Virus record (IMG/VR): IMGVR_UViG_3300047560_002128
Location: 1-37,181 of that record
Source: a virus
Taxonomy: Duplodnaviria; Caudoviricetes
Direction: 5' to 3' (one strand)
DNA: 37,181 bases
Shown here one piece after another: positions 36,041-37,181 of this stretch. The translations under genes and the position numbers were made by a program. The stretch's first letter is position 1; every line of letters starts with the position of its first letter. The notes under the pieces were generated by a model. That model searched no databases, was not told the origin of the DNA, and was given only the letters and a program-made list of their open reading frames with translations.

Positions 36041-37181
36041 TTACTTGAAGCTTACTGTGTTAGAGTTAATGCTTACCTTACCTAGGTAGTCAGCGGCGTT
36101 ACCTAAGCTAGAAGCTGTGTTTGTTAATTCAACATAGCCATAGCGTGTTAGGAAGCCAACTACTGGCTCGAATGTTGCTGGGTCTAGAACAACACCAGAA
36201 GACATTAGAGGAATGTAAGGGCAATAGAAAGCGGCAGCGTCAGCTTCGCTAGCACCTTTGTAACCAATTAGAACTTGGTTATCTTGGATGCTCTGTGAAC
36301 CACTGTCAGGTAGATATGCGTCTACATAAACACGTAGGCTACCGTTTAGTGTACCAACAAACTTAGTGTTTGTAGGTGCTTCGAATGTGCCTTCTGTAGT
36401 ACGAGCAAACGCACTAGTTGTAGCACTCTGAAGAATTGTAAGAGCCTGGTTGGAAACAACTGCCCAGTTAGCAGCACCACGACGGGTACGCTGAGCGATT
36501 AAGTTTGCAACACGGTTGATCTGAATTGCTAGAGCGGCGTGTTCGTCACCGACGAATGTTGCTGTTCCAGAAACTAGAGCTTGGTCATATGTTTCTTCAA
36601 CTGTTGCTAGACCGCGTAGGCTAGCTAGGATCTCTTGGTCGATTTCAGCAGTAATTTCTTGTGCTAGAGCAGCCATGATTTCTGCTTCGATATCGATACC
36701 TTGTTGTGCTTGAGCGTCTTGAGCGGCTTCGAAAGTCCAACGAGCGCTTAGTTTGCGGCTCTTTGCTTCGACAGGTGCCTTCAAGATTTGAATGCTCATG
36801 CGCTTACCTGGTGTACCTTCTAGGGTAGAAGTAGCAGCCGCACGTGGTGTGGTGCTATTGTCGTTACCAGAATATGCTTGAGCGATCTTGAATGGGCTCA
36901 ATGCTTCTTCGCCTGCGGATACTTCGCTAGAACCATCTGCATAACGAACACGCAATGTGTGGATTTGTCCAACAGGACCAGTCATAGGCTGAACACCGAT
37001 GATTTCGTTGGCAATAACTGTTGGCATAACACGACGGATAACTGGAAGAATAACGCGGTTTAGAGTCGCGATGTTTCCAGCACTTGTTGCTCCACTGGTA
37101 GCACTTTCAGCCAAATACTTGCGTGTGTTTTCTAAGCAAACTTGCATAGAAGCACGGCGTGTACCTTGTAGGCCTTCAAGT
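36041..37181 (-). CDS. gp23: Major capsid protein (T4 gp23-like), 5' end outside window
   Basis: VQPMTGPVGQIHTLR, AKSRKLSARWTFEAAQD, EITAEIDQE, FYCPYIPL and TRYG motifs. The frame stays open upstream of the track's ATG (LEGLQGTRRASMQV) to the window edge. Confidence 0.97.
   Translation of the reverse strand, partial: LEGLQGTRRASMQVCLENTRKYLAESATSGATSAGNIATLNRVILPVIRRVMPTVIANEIIGVQPMTGPVGQIHTLRVRYADGSSEVSAGEEALSPFKIAQAYSGNDNSTTPRAAATSTLEGTPGKRMSIQILKAPVEAKSRKLSARWTFEAAQDAQAQQGIDIEAEIMAALAQEITAEIDQEILASLRGLATVEETYDQALVSGTATFVGDEHAALAIQINRVANLIAQRTRRGAANWAVVSNQALTILQSATTSAFARTTEGTFEAPTNTKFVGTLNGSLRVYVDAYLPDSGSQSIQDNQVLIGYKGASEADAAAFYCPYIPLMSSGVVLDPATFEPVVGFLTRYGYVELTNTASSLGNAADYLGKVSINSNTVSFK

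Overview
A 37-kb virion morphogenesis region of a large T4-like (gp23/gp18/gp13-14-15-type) myovirus, mostly encoded on the minus strand. In transcription order from the right end it carries: the major capsid protein (5' end outside the window); several virion structural genes, including one large gene split by an apparent frameshift; a set of Thr/Gly-rich fiber proteins ending in a 2506-aa tail fiber (Mtd_N-like N-terminus, internal repeats, S74 chaperone); a translationally coupled array of six LamG/ConA-like lectin paralogs interleaved with three small Cys-rich proteins (one missed by the ORF track); and a GT-A glycosyltransferase. A plus-strand block (gp14, gp15, Nudix) diverges from gp13, a methyltransferase and a dNMP kinase. 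A degenerate HNH gene diverges from the tail sheath gene, which runs off the left end. TAAATA late-promoter boxes (several apparently leaderless or back-to-back), three intrinsic terminators and two candidate structured leader RNAs are visible. The best candidate for an undescribed system is the lectin/Cys-protein array downstream of the giant fiber. All product calls come from motif recognition, not database searches.
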